64,000 nucleotides of DNA from an uncultured Gemmatimonadales bacterium (GTDB lineage Bacteria; Gemmatimonadota; Gemmatimonadetes; Gemmatimonadales; GWC2-71-9), in the NCBI GenBank assembly GCA_963730185.1, contig CAVSQW010000015.1, positions 320,001-384,000 on the forward strand. The letters are read 5' to 3'. Positions 10,701 through 22,303 of this stretch are shown in pieces; the stretch's first letter is position 1, and each line of letters begins with the position of its first letter. Below the pieces are notes generated by a model. The model ran no database searches. It saw nothing but the letters and a program-made list of their open reading frames with translations, and was not told the DNA's origin. A program made the translations under genes and the position numbers.

Positions 10701-11491
10701 CGGCGCTGGCCTTCGGCCGGGGGGAGCCGCTGCCGGCTCCCCGGGGCACGACCCCGACCGAGTTCCAGCCAGTGTTCGCCGCCCTCCAGAAGATGGGGGA
10801 CGATATCCGGGAGACCCAGGAGGCCCAGGAGCGGGCCGCCCGGGTGCTGGCCTGGGGCGAGATGGCCAACCAGATCGCCCACGAGATCAAGAACCCGCTG
10901 ACCCCGATGCGGCTCGGGATCCAGCATCTGCTCCGGGTCCAGCGCGACGGCCGGGCCCCGCTCGGCCCGACCCTGGAGGAGACGTCGCGCCGGATCCTGG
11001 GGGAGATCGACCGGCTCGACACCATCGCCCGGGCCTTCAGCCGGTTCGCGGCGCCGCGGGAGGGCCAGCCGGCGCCCGAGCCGGTGGCGTTAGGCAACGT
11101 GGTCCGGGAGGTGGCCGCCCTCTACGCCATCGCCCCCGGCGCCAGCCAGGTCCGGGTCGAGGCCGAGGACGAGGTGCCGGTGCTGGCTCATCAGGACGAG
11201 GTGAAGGAGGCGCTGATCAACCTGCTGGAGAACGCCCGGAACGCCTCGGCGGCGACCATCACGGTCCGGGTCGAGGGGCCGGTGCTCCGGGTCGTGGACG
11301 ACGGCGAGGGGATTCCCGCGGATCGGTTGCCCCGGATCTTCGAGCCCCGGTTCTCCACCACGACCAGCGGCTCGGGGCTTGGTCTCGCGATCGTGAAACG
11401 GCTGGTCGAGGCCTGGGGCGCCTCGATCGAGGTGACCAGCGATGCGGGGCGAGGGACCGAGGTGGCCATCCGGTTCCGCCCGGCCGGCGGG

Positions 11492-11512
<21 letters not shown>
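7793..11512 (+). CDS. Large multi-TM sensor histidine kinase (HAMP + HisKA + HATPase, NtrY-like C-terminus)
   Basis: MANQIAHEIKNPLTP H-box, NLLENA, DDGEG, FEPRFST, GSGLGL; start placed at GTG 7793 because the upstream ORF portion is antisense to the creatininase. Confidence 0.88.
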
Positions 11513-13243
<1,731 letters not shown>

Positions 13244-13245
13244 GT

Positions 13246-14103
13246 TCAAGCGTCGGCCCCCATGATGGCTTCGACGGCATGACTGAACTGACTCTCGACC
13301 TGCTTGAGCAGGGCCGGCACCGCCATCGGCGACAGCTCGAGCATCTCCCAGGCGGCCGGCTCGAATGCGGGCACCAGCCGCTCGCCGCTCGAGCCGAGCG
13401 ACAGGGCATTGGCGATCAGGTCCGCCACGTGAATGGTGGCCGTTTCGATCGGGTAGCGCTGGGCCAGCCGGGGGGCGTGATGCCAGGCGACGGCTTCGAC
13501 CAGCATGGTGGGGAGCCGCCACCGCTCCAGCAGCACCGCCCCCACCGCGCCGTGGTGGAACCCGAGCACCTTGTGCTCGGCCTGATACAGGAGGTCACCG
13601 TCGCGCCGGGCGTTCTGGAGCGCCTCGGCCGCCTCGGAGGGCGACTTGAGGAAGATGATGGGCCGCCCGATGTCGTGGAGCAGTCCCCCCACGAAGAATC
13701 GCTCGACGTTGGCTTCGCGGCGCTGGGCGGCGATCAGGCGGGCCGCGAGGCCGCAGGCGATGCTGTGACGCCAGAACGAGTCCATGTCGACCAGGTCGGC
13801 CGGCACGGCGGCGAAGAGCCGCATGAAGGCGGTGCCGATGGCGAGATCGCGGAGCTGGGTCATGCCGACGATGCTGATCGCCTGGGTGACCGTGTCGATC
13901 CGCGAGGGGTAGCCGTAGATCGGGCTGTTGACCAGCCGGAGGAGCCGGGCCGTGAGGCCGGGGTCTTCGGCGATCACCTTGCCTACGTCGGCGGCGGAGC
14001 TCAGGGGGTGGTCGATCACCTGGGTGAGCCGATGGTACATCGTCTGCACGCTGCCGACGTCGACCGTGCCACGGATCAGATCTTCGGGGCGACGGGGAGT
14101 CAC
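13246..14103 (-). CDS. HDOD domain protein
   Basis: DPGLTARLLRLVNSPIYG, FWRHSIACG, GGLLHDIG, LLERWRLP; GTG 14103 overlaps the upstream stop. Confidence 0.92.
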   Translation of the reverse strand: MTPRRPEDLIRGTVDVGSVQTMYHRLTQVIDHPLSSAADVGKVIAEDPGLTARLLRLVNSPIYGYPSRIDTVTQAISIVGMTQLRDLAIGTAFMRLFAAVPADLVDMDSFWRHSIACGLAARLIAAQRREANVERFFVGGLLHDIGRPIIFLKSPSEAAEALQNARRDGDLLYQAEHKVLGFHHGAVGAVLLERWRLPTMLVEAVAWHHAPRLAQRYPIETATIHVADLIANALSLGSSGERLVPAFEPAAWEMLELSPMAVPALLKQVESQFSHAVEAIMGADA

Positions 14104-14429
14104 CGGACCGCTCGGTGGCTGGCGCGCGTGAGGACGCAGTGCTTGAACACGGCTTCGATCACCGGATGGGAGAGGTCGCAGTGCCGGAAGTTGGGCCGCA
14201 CGTCGGCCTCGGCGGACGCCAGGACCGCCGGGTCGATCGCCGCGGTTTCCGGGTCCTCCATTGGCTCGTCTCCGACGATCTCCGCGTCCGTCACCCCCCA
14301 CATCTGGCAGTAGCGGAGGTGCTTGTCGGTGAGCACGGTGCCACCGGGCAAGAGCAGCCGCCCGATCCCGTCGACAATTTCGACCGCGAGGACCATTTCC
14401 GGCCGGAGATTTTCGAGGCTCACCCGCAT
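14100..14429 (-). CDS. Small hypothetical protein coupled to the HDOD gene
   Basis: LRPEMVLAVEIVDGIGRLLLPGGTVLTDKHL resembles N-terminal modules of HD-GYP/HDOD proteins; stop overlaps the HDOD start. Confidence 0.7.
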   Translation of the reverse strand: MRVSLENLRPEMVLAVEIVDGIGRLLLPGGTVLTDKHLRYCQMWGVTDAEIVGDEPMEDPETAAIDPAVLASAEADVRPNFRHCDLSHPVIEAVFKHCVLTRASHRAVR

Positions 14430-14503
14430 GTTCGGCTCACGGTGGGTACGAGGTCCGGTATCGGCTGCCCCGGCACGGACTTGAGTTTCCGCCGGATCGG
14501 TCG

Positions 14504-14848
14504 ATGCTGGATAGGGTGGCGTACCGATTCGACCGTGCCTACTACCGGGTCACGTACCCGCTCACCGCCCGCCCGATCCTCCGGATGGGCGAGGTGACGG
14601 CCATCGTGGTGGACTTGTCGGAGGCCGGGTTTCGGATCCTGATCCCCCGGGGGTGGACCCCGCGGGTGGGCGACCCGGTGGAGGGCCGGATTCGGCTGGT
14701 GTCGGGGACCGAGCACGACGTGGAGGGCGAGATTCTCCGAGTGTCACCGCCGCAGGTGGCCGGCCGACTCGACCAGGGCATTCCCTTCGGGGACATGATG
14801 GCGGAACAGCGCTGGCTCCAGCAGCGCTTCTTTAGCTGGCTGGCCTGA
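14504..14848 (+). CDS. PilZ domain protein
   Basis: RAYYRV (RxxxR) and DLSEAG (DxSxxG) motifs. Confidence 0.8.
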   Translation: MLDRVAYRFDRAYYRVTYPLTARPILRMGEVTAIVVDLSEAGFRILIPRGWTPRVGDPVEGRIRLVSGTEHDVEGEILRVSPPQVAGRLDQGIPFGDMMAEQRWLQQRFFSWLA

Positions 14849-15055
14849 TCCGGCAGCGGACCGTACCGAAATCCGACGGCTCGCTTGCGGAGTGCAAAAC
14901 GCTGCGTTTCGGGGCGGTCCGGCCGGTGGGGGCGGGGGCGGGGGTCTCGCCGGACCGGCAGGTCGGCGGCGAGGGGTCGATCGGCCCGGCTTATGCGCGG
15001 GGAGGGAAGAGTCCAACGCGCACGTCAACTGCCTCCCGCAGCCAGGGTACCTCCA

Positions 15056-15520
15056 GTGAACGTCGATCCGATTCCGCAGAATCTCATCGCGGTGCACGAT
15101 CTCCTCTCGGAGACCTTCACCATCGCCAACGAGGAAGCCGCCCGATTTGGCTGGGGGGTGGCCATCTTTCCCCGGACGGGACGGTTCGACGCGCCGGTGT
15201 TCGGCGTCGTCACCTGTGGTGGGGAGTCTACAACGTTGACCTACCGGCTGCTCCAAACGCTGATGGAGCTGCCGGTCTTCGTGAGTGGCCGCGTTCCAGC
15301 CACGATTCGCGACGGCATGGCCTTCGGTCCCCGTCGCTCGACGCCGCCTCCGGCTCTCCTGGATCAGCCCGTTTTACATATCATGCTGACCTGCTGCATT
15401 GGAATGACCCGAGAGGATCTGGATCGAACGATGCCGCTCGAGTCGACGGTCTTCGCCGGCGATCTCAAGGCGCCGATCATCCTGGTGACGGAGAATCGGC
15501 CGGACGGCTGGCCCCGTTAA
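15056..15520 (+). CDS. Hypothetical protein
   Basis: Globular-looking composition after GTG 15056; fills the gap before the convergent peptidase; no recognised motif. Confidence 0.5.
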   Translation: MNVDPIPQNLIAVHDLLSETFTIANEEAARFGWGVAIFPRTGRFDAPVFGVVTCGGESTTLTYRLLQTLMELPVFVSGRVPATIRDGMAFGPRRSTPPPALLDQPVLHIMLTCCIGMTREDLDRTMPLESTVFAGDLKAPIILVTENRPDGWPR

Positions 15521-16788
15521 GCGCCGTCCACCACTCCCAGAATCGACAGCGCGAGCAGAGCAGCCCACTGGGGGCCGAGGTAGCCTCGGTCCCCATCGTC
15601 GTACCATTCCGCCGGTGAGTGGGCCCCGCGGCCCTGACCCCCGCCGTCGATGGTAATGGCCGGGATGCCGAGGCTCATGGGCAGGTTGGCGTCGGTGCTC
15701 GAGGCGTTGCCCTTGGGCGCCTCCAGTCCCAGAGCCACCGCGGCGTCCTTCGCCGCCCGGACGATCCAGAGCGTGTCGGGCTGCTCCCCGGCCGGGCGCT
15801 CCCCCATCGACTCGAATTCCACCGACAGCTGGGCCGGCGACCGGGGCCACCGGGCCTGTTCGGCGGCGACGGCCGCCCGGACCGCTCGCTTGAAGGCGGT
15901 GTCGACCCGCGCGAGCGACGCGGCGGAGACCGACCGGAGATCCACCTGCATGGTGGCCCGGTTGGCGATCGAGTTCACCGAGGTCCCCCCGTCGACGACC
16001 CCGACGTTGAAGGTGGTCTTGGGGCTCGTCGGTACTTGGAGATCAGCGATGGCCGCGATGGCCCGACCCATGGCGTGGATCGGGCTCGGCATCCCGAACG
16101 CCCCGTAGCTGTGCCCTCCGGGACCGGTAAAGACCACGTGGTATCGGTTGCTGCCGACCGCGGCGGTGGTGAGGCCGAGGCCGGTTCCGTCGATCGAGAT
16201 GAAGGCGTCGATCGGGCCGGCCGGCTTCTGGCCGAACAGGTTCCGCATCCCCCGGAGGTTGCCCGGACCCTCCTCGCCGACGTCGGCCACCAGGATCAGG
16301 TCGCCGCGGGTGCGGATGCCGGCCCGCTCCACGCCCCGGGCCACCGCCAGGAGCACCGCCAATCCCCGACAGTCGTCGCCGATGCCGGGGCCCGCCAGGC
16401 GGGTGCCGTTCCGGGTTACCCCCACGTCGGTCCCTTCGGGGAAGACCGTGTCGAGGTGCGCGGCCAGCACGAGCCGAGGCCCGCCCCCGGTGCCCTTCCG
16501 CACCGCGATGACGTTGCCGACGGCGTCGATCGTGGTGTCGTGGTACCCGAGGGCCTCGAGCCGGCGCTGCAGCTCCCGGCCGCGCTCGGCTTCGTGAAAA
16601 GGCGGGGCCGGAATCTCGCAGATCGATTTCTGCTGGTCGAGCGTCCAGGCGTTGTCCTGCTCGATCAGGGCCAGCGCCCGGGCCACGTCGGGGCGATCGA
16701 CCAGCTTGGCCTGCGCCGCGACGCCGCCGGGGAGCCCGGCGAGGAGTCCGGCCAGGAGGACAGCGGGGGCGGCCGGCGCCCGACTCAC
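15517..16788 (-). CDS. M20/M25/M40 family metallopeptidase, secreted
   Basis: Signal peptide, AAHLDTVFP, GPGIGDD, VGEEG, GHSYGAFG, STDAN, AHSPAE. Confidence 0.9.
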   Translation of the reverse strand: MSRAPAAPAVLLAGLLAGLPGGVAAQAKLVDRPDVARALALIEQDNAWTLDQQKSICEIPAPPFHEAERGRELQRRLEALGYHDTTIDAVGNVIAVRKGTGGGPRLVLAAHLDTVFPEGTDVGVTRNGTRLAGPGIGDDCRGLAVLLAVARGVERAGIRTRGDLILVADVGEEGPGNLRGMRNLFGQKPAGPIDAFISIDGTGLGLTTAAVGSNRYHVVFTGPGGHSYGAFGMPSPIHAMGRAIAAIADLQVPTSPKTTFNVGVVDGGTSVNSIANRATMQVDLRSVSAASLARVDTAFKRAVRAAVAAEQARWPRSPAQLSVEFESMGERPAGEQPDTLWIVRAAKDAAVALGLEAPKGNASSTDANLPMSLGIPAITIDGGGQGRGAHSPAEWYDDGDRGYLGPQWAALLALSILGVVDGA

Positions 16789-17258
16789 GCGCGCCCCCGG
16801 GCCGCCGGCCGGGGAGCGCGCCGGCGTCCGGCCTTGCGGGGGACCTTCGTGCGGGGGGCCGCGCGCCGCCGAGGACGGACCATGGCGATCGCCTGAATCT
16901 CGATCTCGGCGCCGGAGTGGAGCGGCGCCACCGGAACGATCACCCGGGAGGGGCGATGGGCACCGAGGATCCGGGCGTAGGTGGCGTTCACGGCCGGCCA
17001 GTGGGCGATGTCGCTCACGTAGATCGTCACCTGAATCAGCCGATCGAGGCCGCTTCCCGCGGCCTCGAGCACCCGGGCGACGTTGGCCAGTGTCCGCTCG
17101 GTCTGGCCCTCGATGCTCCCGCCCTCGACCACCCCGGTCTCGAGGTCGGCGGGGAGCTGGCCGGAGACGAAGACGAGGCCGCCGTGGACGATGGCCTGGG
17201 AATAGTGTCCGACGGGGCGTTTGGTCCCCGGCGCCTGGATGGATGTGATCGTCCGCAT
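16785..17258 (-). CDS. RidA family enamine/imine deaminase
   Basis: PVGHYSQA, VFVSGQLP, RPSRVIVPV, IEIQAIA; Arg-rich C-terminal tail. Confidence 0.88.
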   Translation of the reverse strand: MRTITSIQAPGTKRPVGHYSQAIVHGGLVFVSGQLPADLETGVVEGGSIEGQTERTLANVARVLEAAGSGLDRLIQVTIYVSDIAHWPAVNATYARILGAHRPSRVIVPVAPLHSGAEIEIQAIAMVRPRRRAAPRTKVPRKAGRRRAPRPAARGRA

Positions 17259-17347
17259 GGTGAACGCTGGTTCAGGAAGACGACGGGTGGTTCGCGGATG
17301 GGCAGGAATCTCGGTCGCGATGGCAAAGGGTGCAACCACCGTCGTCG

Positions 17348-18169
17348 CTACAATCGCGAGACGATCGGTCGGGTTGCCGCCTTGAGCTCCGCCACGAAGT
17401 CGCGCAATCGCGCCCATCCGGACTGGCCGAGCGAGGGGTCGGCCAGCCGGCGAACCACCGCCGAGCCCGCGATCGCGCCCGCGGCGCCGGCGGCCAGCAC
17501 CGCCCGGACGGCGGCCGGGGTGGAAATGCCGAAGCCCACGACCGGGGGAGGCGCCCCGAGCGTCCGGAGGCGCTCGATCCGCTCGGCGAGGTCGGCCTGG
17601 TCGTGCCGGTCGTCACCGGTGACGCCGGCCCGGCTGGTCACGTAGGTGTACCCTCGTGACCGGGCGGCGATGCCGGCGAGCCGGTCGGCGGAGGCGTTAG
17701 GCGGGGCGATCAGGACCGGCGCGATGCCGGCCCCGATCGCCGCGGCCTCGAATGGCGCGGCCTCGGCCAGCGGCAGGTCGGCCACCAGCACCGAGTCGAC
17801 CCCGGCCTCGCGGGCCGCGGCGTAGAAGGCGGCCGGTCCCGGCCGGACCACCAGGTTGGCGTAGACCAGCAGGCCGATCGGAAGGTCGGGCGCCCGGCGG
17901 CGCACCCGGGCGATCAGCTCCCAGCAACCGGCGATCCGGGTGCCCGCCGCCAGGGCGCGAGTCGCCGCCGCCTGGATGACCGGCCCGTCGGCAACCGGGT
18001 CGGAGAAGGGCAACCCGAGCTCGAGGGCGTCGGCGCCGCCATCGACCAGGGCCTCGAGGACGGCGTGGCTCGCGCCGGGATCGGGGTCGCCAAGGGTGAC
18101 GAAGGGGATGAAGGCGCCTTCGCCGCGGGCGGCCAGGACGGAGAACATCCGATCGTAGCGGTCGGTCAT
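17348..18169 (-). CDS. trpA: Tryptophan synthase alpha chain
   Basis: [40 protein letters not shown]. Confidence 0.97.
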   Translation of the reverse strand: MTDRYDRMFSVLAARGEGAFIPFVTLGDPDPGASHAVLEALVDGGADALELGLPFSDPVADGPVIQAAATRALAAGTRIAGCWELIARVRRRAPDLPIGLLVYANLVVRPGPAAFYAAAREAGVDSVLVADLPLAEAAPFEAAAIGAGIAPVLIAPPNASADRLAGIAARSRGYTYVTSRAGVTGDDRHDQADLAERIERLRTLGAPPPVVGFGISTPAAVRAVLAAGAAGAIAGSAVVRRLADPSLGQSGWARLRDFVAELKAATRPIVSRL

Positions 18170-19335
18170 CGGGTTTCCTCGATCCACCGTTGCACGCTCG
18201 CCAGGTCCTTGTCGCCCCGGCCGCTCAGGTTCACCAGGACCCGCCGTCCCTCCCGGACCAGCTCCCGCGCCCGGGCCAGGGCGTGAGCCGACTCGAGGGC
18301 GGGCAGGATACCCTCCAGGCGGGTGAACTCCACCAGCGTGTCCAGGGCCTCGACGTCGGTACATCCGAGGTAACGCGCCCTCCCTTCCCGAGCCAGATGG
18401 GCGTGCTCGGGGCCAACGGCCGGATAGTCGAGTCCGGCCGAGACCGAATGCGACTCCAGAATCTGTCCGTCGCCCTCCTGCAGCAGCATGGTGTAGGCGC
18501 CGTGGAGGACGCCGGGGCTCCCCCGGAGGAGGGTGGCGCCGTGGGCGCCGCTGTCCAGCCCGCGACCGGCCGGCTCGACCCCGACCAGGTCGACCCCGGC
18601 ATCGGCGAGGAAGGCCGTGAAGATGCCGATCGCGTTGGAGCCACCGCCGACGCACGCGACCACGACCTCGGGCAAGCCGCCGACCGCGTCGAGAAACTGG
18701 GCCCGGGCCTCGTCGCCGATCACCCGTTGGAAGTCACGCACCATGGTGGGGAAGGGGTGCGGTCCGGCGACGGTGCCCAGCAGGTAGTGCGTGGTGGAAT
18801 ACGAGCCGGACCAGTCGCGAAGCGCTTCGTTGATGGCATCCTTCAGGGTGGCGCTTCCGGTGGCGACCGGCACCACCTCGGCGCCGAAGAGCCGCATCCG
18901 GTCCACGTTCGGGCGCTGTCGCTCCAGGTCGCGGGCACCCATGTAGATCACGGTCTCGAGGCCGAGGACCGCGCCGGTGAGCGCGGTGGCCACGCCGTGC
19001 TGGCCCGCGCCGGTCTCGGCGATCAGGCGCCGCTTGCCGATCCGGCGGGCCAGGAGCCCCTGGCCCAGGGCCTGGTTGGTCTTGTGCGCGCCGCCGTGGA
19101 GCAGGTCCTCCCGCTTGAGCCAGAGGCCGCCTCCGGTGTCGGCGCCGAAGCGCCGACACCGGTGGAGCGGGGTGGGGCGTCCCGCGAAGGTTCGGAGCAG
19201 CTCGTCGAGCTCGGCCGTGAAGGCGGGGTCCACCCGGGCGTCCAGGAAGGCCGCCTCCAGCTCCTCGAGGGCGGGCATCAGGATCTCGGGCACGAAGGTC
19301 CCGCCGAACTCGCCGAACCGGGTCGCCAGCTTCAT
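18166..19335 (-). CDS. trpB: Tryptophan synthase beta chain
   Basis: [37 protein letters not shown]. Confidence 0.98.
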   Translation of the reverse strand: MKLATRFGEFGGTFVPEILMPALEELEAAFLDARVDPAFTAELDELLRTFAGRPTPLHRCRRFGADTGGGLWLKREDLLHGGAHKTNQALGQGLLARRIGKRRLIAETGAGQHGVATALTGAVLGLETVIYMGARDLERQRPNVDRMRLFGAEVVPVATGSATLKDAINEALRDWSGSYSTTHYLLGTVAGPHPFPTMVRDFQRVIGDEARAQFLDAVGGLPEVVVACVGGGSNAIGIFTAFLADAGVDLVGVEPAGRGLDSGAHGATLLRGSPGVLHGAYTMLLQEGDGQILESHSVSAGLDYPAVGPEHAHLAREGRARYLGCTDVEALDTLVEFTRLEGILPALESAHALARARELVREGRRVLVNLSGRGDKDLASVQRWIEETR

Positions 19336-20717
19336 GAGGCCTCCCAGCGCCGGCCGCCGCGCCGACCGGCGAAGAAGCGCGCCAGCAGGGCGGCGTCCTT
19401 GAGTCCGGCCCCGCTCTCGACCCCGGAGCTCACGTCCAGGAACGGAATGCCGAGGGTGACGGCGCAGTACACGCTGTCGGGGGCCAGGCCGCCGCTCAGG
19501 ATGTAGCGCTCGGGCCGGTCCAGGCGTTCGAGCAAGCTCCAGTCGAACTGCCGGCCGGTGCCGCCCCGCCGCCCGGGGACGCTGGCATCGAGCAGCACCC
19601 GGTCGGCGCCCGTCTCTTCCGGAGTCGGAATCCGGTCGCGGACCGGGACCGCCTGCCAGACCTCGCAGCCATCGGGGAGCAAGGGCCGGAGCCGACCGAC
19701 GTCGTCGGCGGTCTCGTCGCCATGGAGTTGGACCGCCGCGAGATCGAGCACCTGGGCCAGCTCGGCGATTCGCCGGGGGGCGTCGTTAACGAACACGCCG
19801 ACCCACTCGAGGGGTGCCGCGCGCCGGAGCTCCCGGGCCCGGCGCGGAGTGACGACCCGGGACGACTCGGCCGCGAAGACCAGTCCGCCGTGGGTGGCTC
19901 CGGCCTGGGCGGCGGCGATGGCGTCGGCCTCCCGGGTCAGGCCGCACACCTTGGTCCGGCCGAAGACCAGCTCACGGGTGGCCGCGTCGACGTCGTCCGC
20001 CCGCATCAGGGCGGTCCCCACCAGGAATCCGTGGACCACGTCGCGGAGGGCCGCGACGTCGGCGTGCGAGCGGATCCCGGATTCGGCGATCAGGACCGAA
20101 CCCGGAGGAGCCTGCCCGGCCAGCCGCCGGGTTACTGACCGATCGACGGCCAGGGTCCGAAGGTCGCGGTTGTTGATCCCGATGACCGGGGCGCCGAGCC
20201 GAGCCGCCCGGGCCAGCTCTTCCTCGGTATGGACCTCCGTCAGGACGCCCATGCCCAGTTGCTCGGCCTGGCGCTCGCAGACCCGATAATCGAGATCGTC
20301 GAGGACCGACAACATCAGCAGGACCGCGTCGGCACCGGCCCGCCGGGCCTCGATCACCTGGTAGGGCTCGAGGATGAAGTCCTTGCAGAGGATCGGTTGG
20401 GGCACCGCGGCCCTGACCCGGGAGACCAGGTCGAGCGACCCCCCGAAGAAGGGTCCGTCGGCCAGGACCGAGACCACGCTGGCGTGGCGGGCATAGGCGG
20501 CCAGCGCCGGGTCGAGGTCGGCGATCGGCCGGAGCGCCCCTTCCGACGGCGAGGCCGGCTTGATTTCCAGGATGAACGCCGGGGCGGCCCCGCCGAGCGC
20601 GGAGACAAAGCTTCGGTCCGAGCGGCAGAGCCCCCGGAAGAGCAGCCGCTCGGGTCGCTCGGCCTTCCGGGCGCGGAGTTCGTCGCGCTTGGCCGCGAGA
20701 ATCGCCTCAATGGCCAT
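19332..20717 (-). CDS. trpCF: Bifunctional indole-3-glycerol-phosphate synthase / phosphoribosylanthranilate isomerase
   Basis: [15 protein letters not shown] and GINNRDL followed by KVCGLTR, VQLHG and GGTG in a single 461-aa ORF. Confidence 0.96.
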   Translation of the reverse strand: MAIEAILAAKRDELRARKAERPERLLFRGLCRSDRSFVSALGGAAPAFILEIKPASPSEGALRPIADLDPALAAYARHASVVSVLADGPFFGGSLDLVSRVRAAVPQPILCKDFILEPYQVIEARRAGADAVLLMLSVLDDLDYRVCERQAEQLGMGVLTEVHTEEELARAARLGAPVIGINNRDLRTLAVDRSVTRRLAGQAPPGSVLIAESGIRSHADVAALRDVVHGFLVGTALMRADDVDAATRELVFGRTKVCGLTREADAIAAAQAGATHGGLVFAAESSRVVTPRRARELRRAAPLEWVGVFVNDAPRRIAELAQVLDLAAVQLHGDETADDVGRLRPLLPDGCEVWQAVPVRDRIPTPEETGADRVLLDASVPGRRGGTGRQFDWSLLERLDRPERYILSGGLAPDSVYCAVTLGIPFLDVSSGVESGAGLKDAALLARFFAGRRGGRRWEAS

Positions 20718-21720
20718 GGGATGCCTCCACGAGTTGAATGAGCCGTGACTCGCCCGCCCCGGCCAGCAGGGCGTCCCGGGCCGTGGCGACGGCCTGCCGG
20801 AGCGATGGGGCTTGCCCGGCGATCCAGAGCAGGGCGCCGGCGTTCAGGGCGACGGCGTCGACGTGGACTGGATCGCCGCGCCCGGCGAGCAGAGTGCGGA
20901 GCCAGGCGGCGGCGCCGTCGGGACCGTGGCCGGCGAGGGCCTGGACCGGCGCGGGCCGGACGCCGAGCCCGTCGGGGTCGAGGGTGAGCATCTCCACCCG
21001 TCCGTCGCGGAGCCGGGCCGCCGTGGTGGGCCCGTGGAGCGCGAGCTCGTCGAGCCCGCTGCCGTGGACCACCAGGGCCGCCCGGCAGCCGAGGAGGTGG
21101 AGGGTCTCCGCGGCGGGGCGGCAGAGGTGCGGGGTGTAGATCCCCATCACCTGGAACTCGGGCCGGGCCGGGTTCACGAGGGGACCGAGGAGGTTGAACA
21201 GGGTCCTGGTCCGAAGGGTTCGCCGCACGGTCATCGCCTGGCGCACCCCGGGGTGGTAGGCGGGAGCGAAGAGGAAGCAGAGGCCGACGTCGTCGAGGGT
21301 GCGCCGAGCCACCGCGGGCGGCGGATCGAGCCGGAGGCCGGACGCCTCCAGGAGGTCGGCCGAGCCGCACCGCGAGGAGCTGGCCCGGTTGCCGTGCTTG
21401 GCGACCGGCACCCCGCACGCGGCGGCCACGAAGCCGGCGGCGGTCGAGACGTTGATCGTGCCGGCGCCGTCGCCCCCCGTTCCACAGGTGTCGGCGACCG
21501 GGTAGTCCGGCTTGGGAAACGGCACCGCCGCCTCCCGAAGGGCCCGGGCCGCCCCGGCGATCTCCGCCGGGGTCTCGCCCCGGGTCTTGAGCGCGGCGAG
21601 CACGGCCGCGATCTCGACCTCGGAGAGCTGCCCCCCGATCAGCTCGGCGAAGGTGGCGTAGCTCTCGTCCTGATCGAGGCTCCGTCGGGAGAGCGTCTCG
21701 AGCAGCTCACTGACCGGCAT
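20707..21720 (-). CDS. trpD: Anthranilate phosphoribosyltransferase
   Basis: DTCGTGGDG, NVST, KHGNR, RTLFNLLGPLVNP. Confidence 0.97.
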   Translation of the reverse strand: MPVSELLETLSRRSLDQDESYATFAELIGGQLSEVEIAAVLAALKTRGETPAEIAGAARALREAAVPFPKPDYPVADTCGTGGDGAGTINVSTAAGFVAAACGVPVAKHGNRASSSRCGSADLLEASGLRLDPPPAVARRTLDDVGLCFLFAPAYHPGVRQAMTVRRTLRTRTLFNLLGPLVNPARPEFQVMGIYTPHLCRPAAETLHLLGCRAALVVHGSGLDELALHGPTTAARLRDGRVEMLTLDPDGLGVRPAPVQALAGHGPDGAAAWLRTLLAGRGDPVHVDAVALNAGALLWIAGQAPSLRQAVATARDALLAGAGESRLIQLVEASHGH

Positions 21721-22303
21721 GAGAGGCCCACCGGATGACGTTGTCGATGATCCGGCCGCCGGCCGGGGTGAGCACCGATTCGGGATGGAACTGCACCCCG
21801 AGCGCGGGGAGCGCGCGATGCTGGACCGCCATGACCACCGCGCCCGCGGTGGCCGACACCTCGAGCGAATCGGGCACCCGGGTGGCGGCGAGCGAGTGAT
21901 ATCGGGCCACCGGGAAGGTCCGGGGCAGTCCGTCGAAGAGCGGGCCCCCCCGATGGGTGAGGGTCGACGACTTTCCGTGGAGGACCTCAGCCGCGGGGCC
22001 GACGCTCCCGCCGAAGGCTTCGACCATCGCCTGGTGGCCGAGACAGATGCCGAAGATCGGCACCCGGCCCGCGGCGCGGCGGATCACCTCGAGACACGAA
22101 CCCGCCGAGGCCGGCGTGCCGGGCCCGGGCGAGAGCGCGAGCAGGGTCGGGGGTCCGCTCCGGGTGGCGGCTCCGACCACCGCCTCGGCGGGACGATCGT
22201 TCCGGAACACCTCGACCGGCACGCCCCGGCGGGCGAACTCGTCGACCAGGTTGTAGGTGAAGGAGTCGACGTTGTCGAGAAACACCACCCGAAGCTCAGG
22301 CAT
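21707..22303 (-). CDS. trpG: Anthranilate synthase component II (glutamine amidotransferase)
   Basis: DNVDSFTYNL, SPGPG, GICLGHQ, QFHPES. Confidence 0.96.
   Translation of the reverse strand: MPELRVVFLDNVDSFTYNLVDEFARRGVPVEVFRNDRPAEAVVGAATRSGPPTLLALSPGPGTPASAGSCLEVIRRAAGRVPIFGICLGHQAMVEAFGGSVGPAAEVLHGKSSTLTHRGGPLFDGLPRTFPVARYHSLAATRVPDSLEVSATAGAVVMAVQHRALPALGVQFHPESVLTPAGGRIIDNVIRWASHAGQ

Noticed and set aside
14471..14485. CGGCACGGACTTGAG as a sigma54 promoter for the PilZ gene
   Set aside because: Lacks the -12 GC at the required spacing
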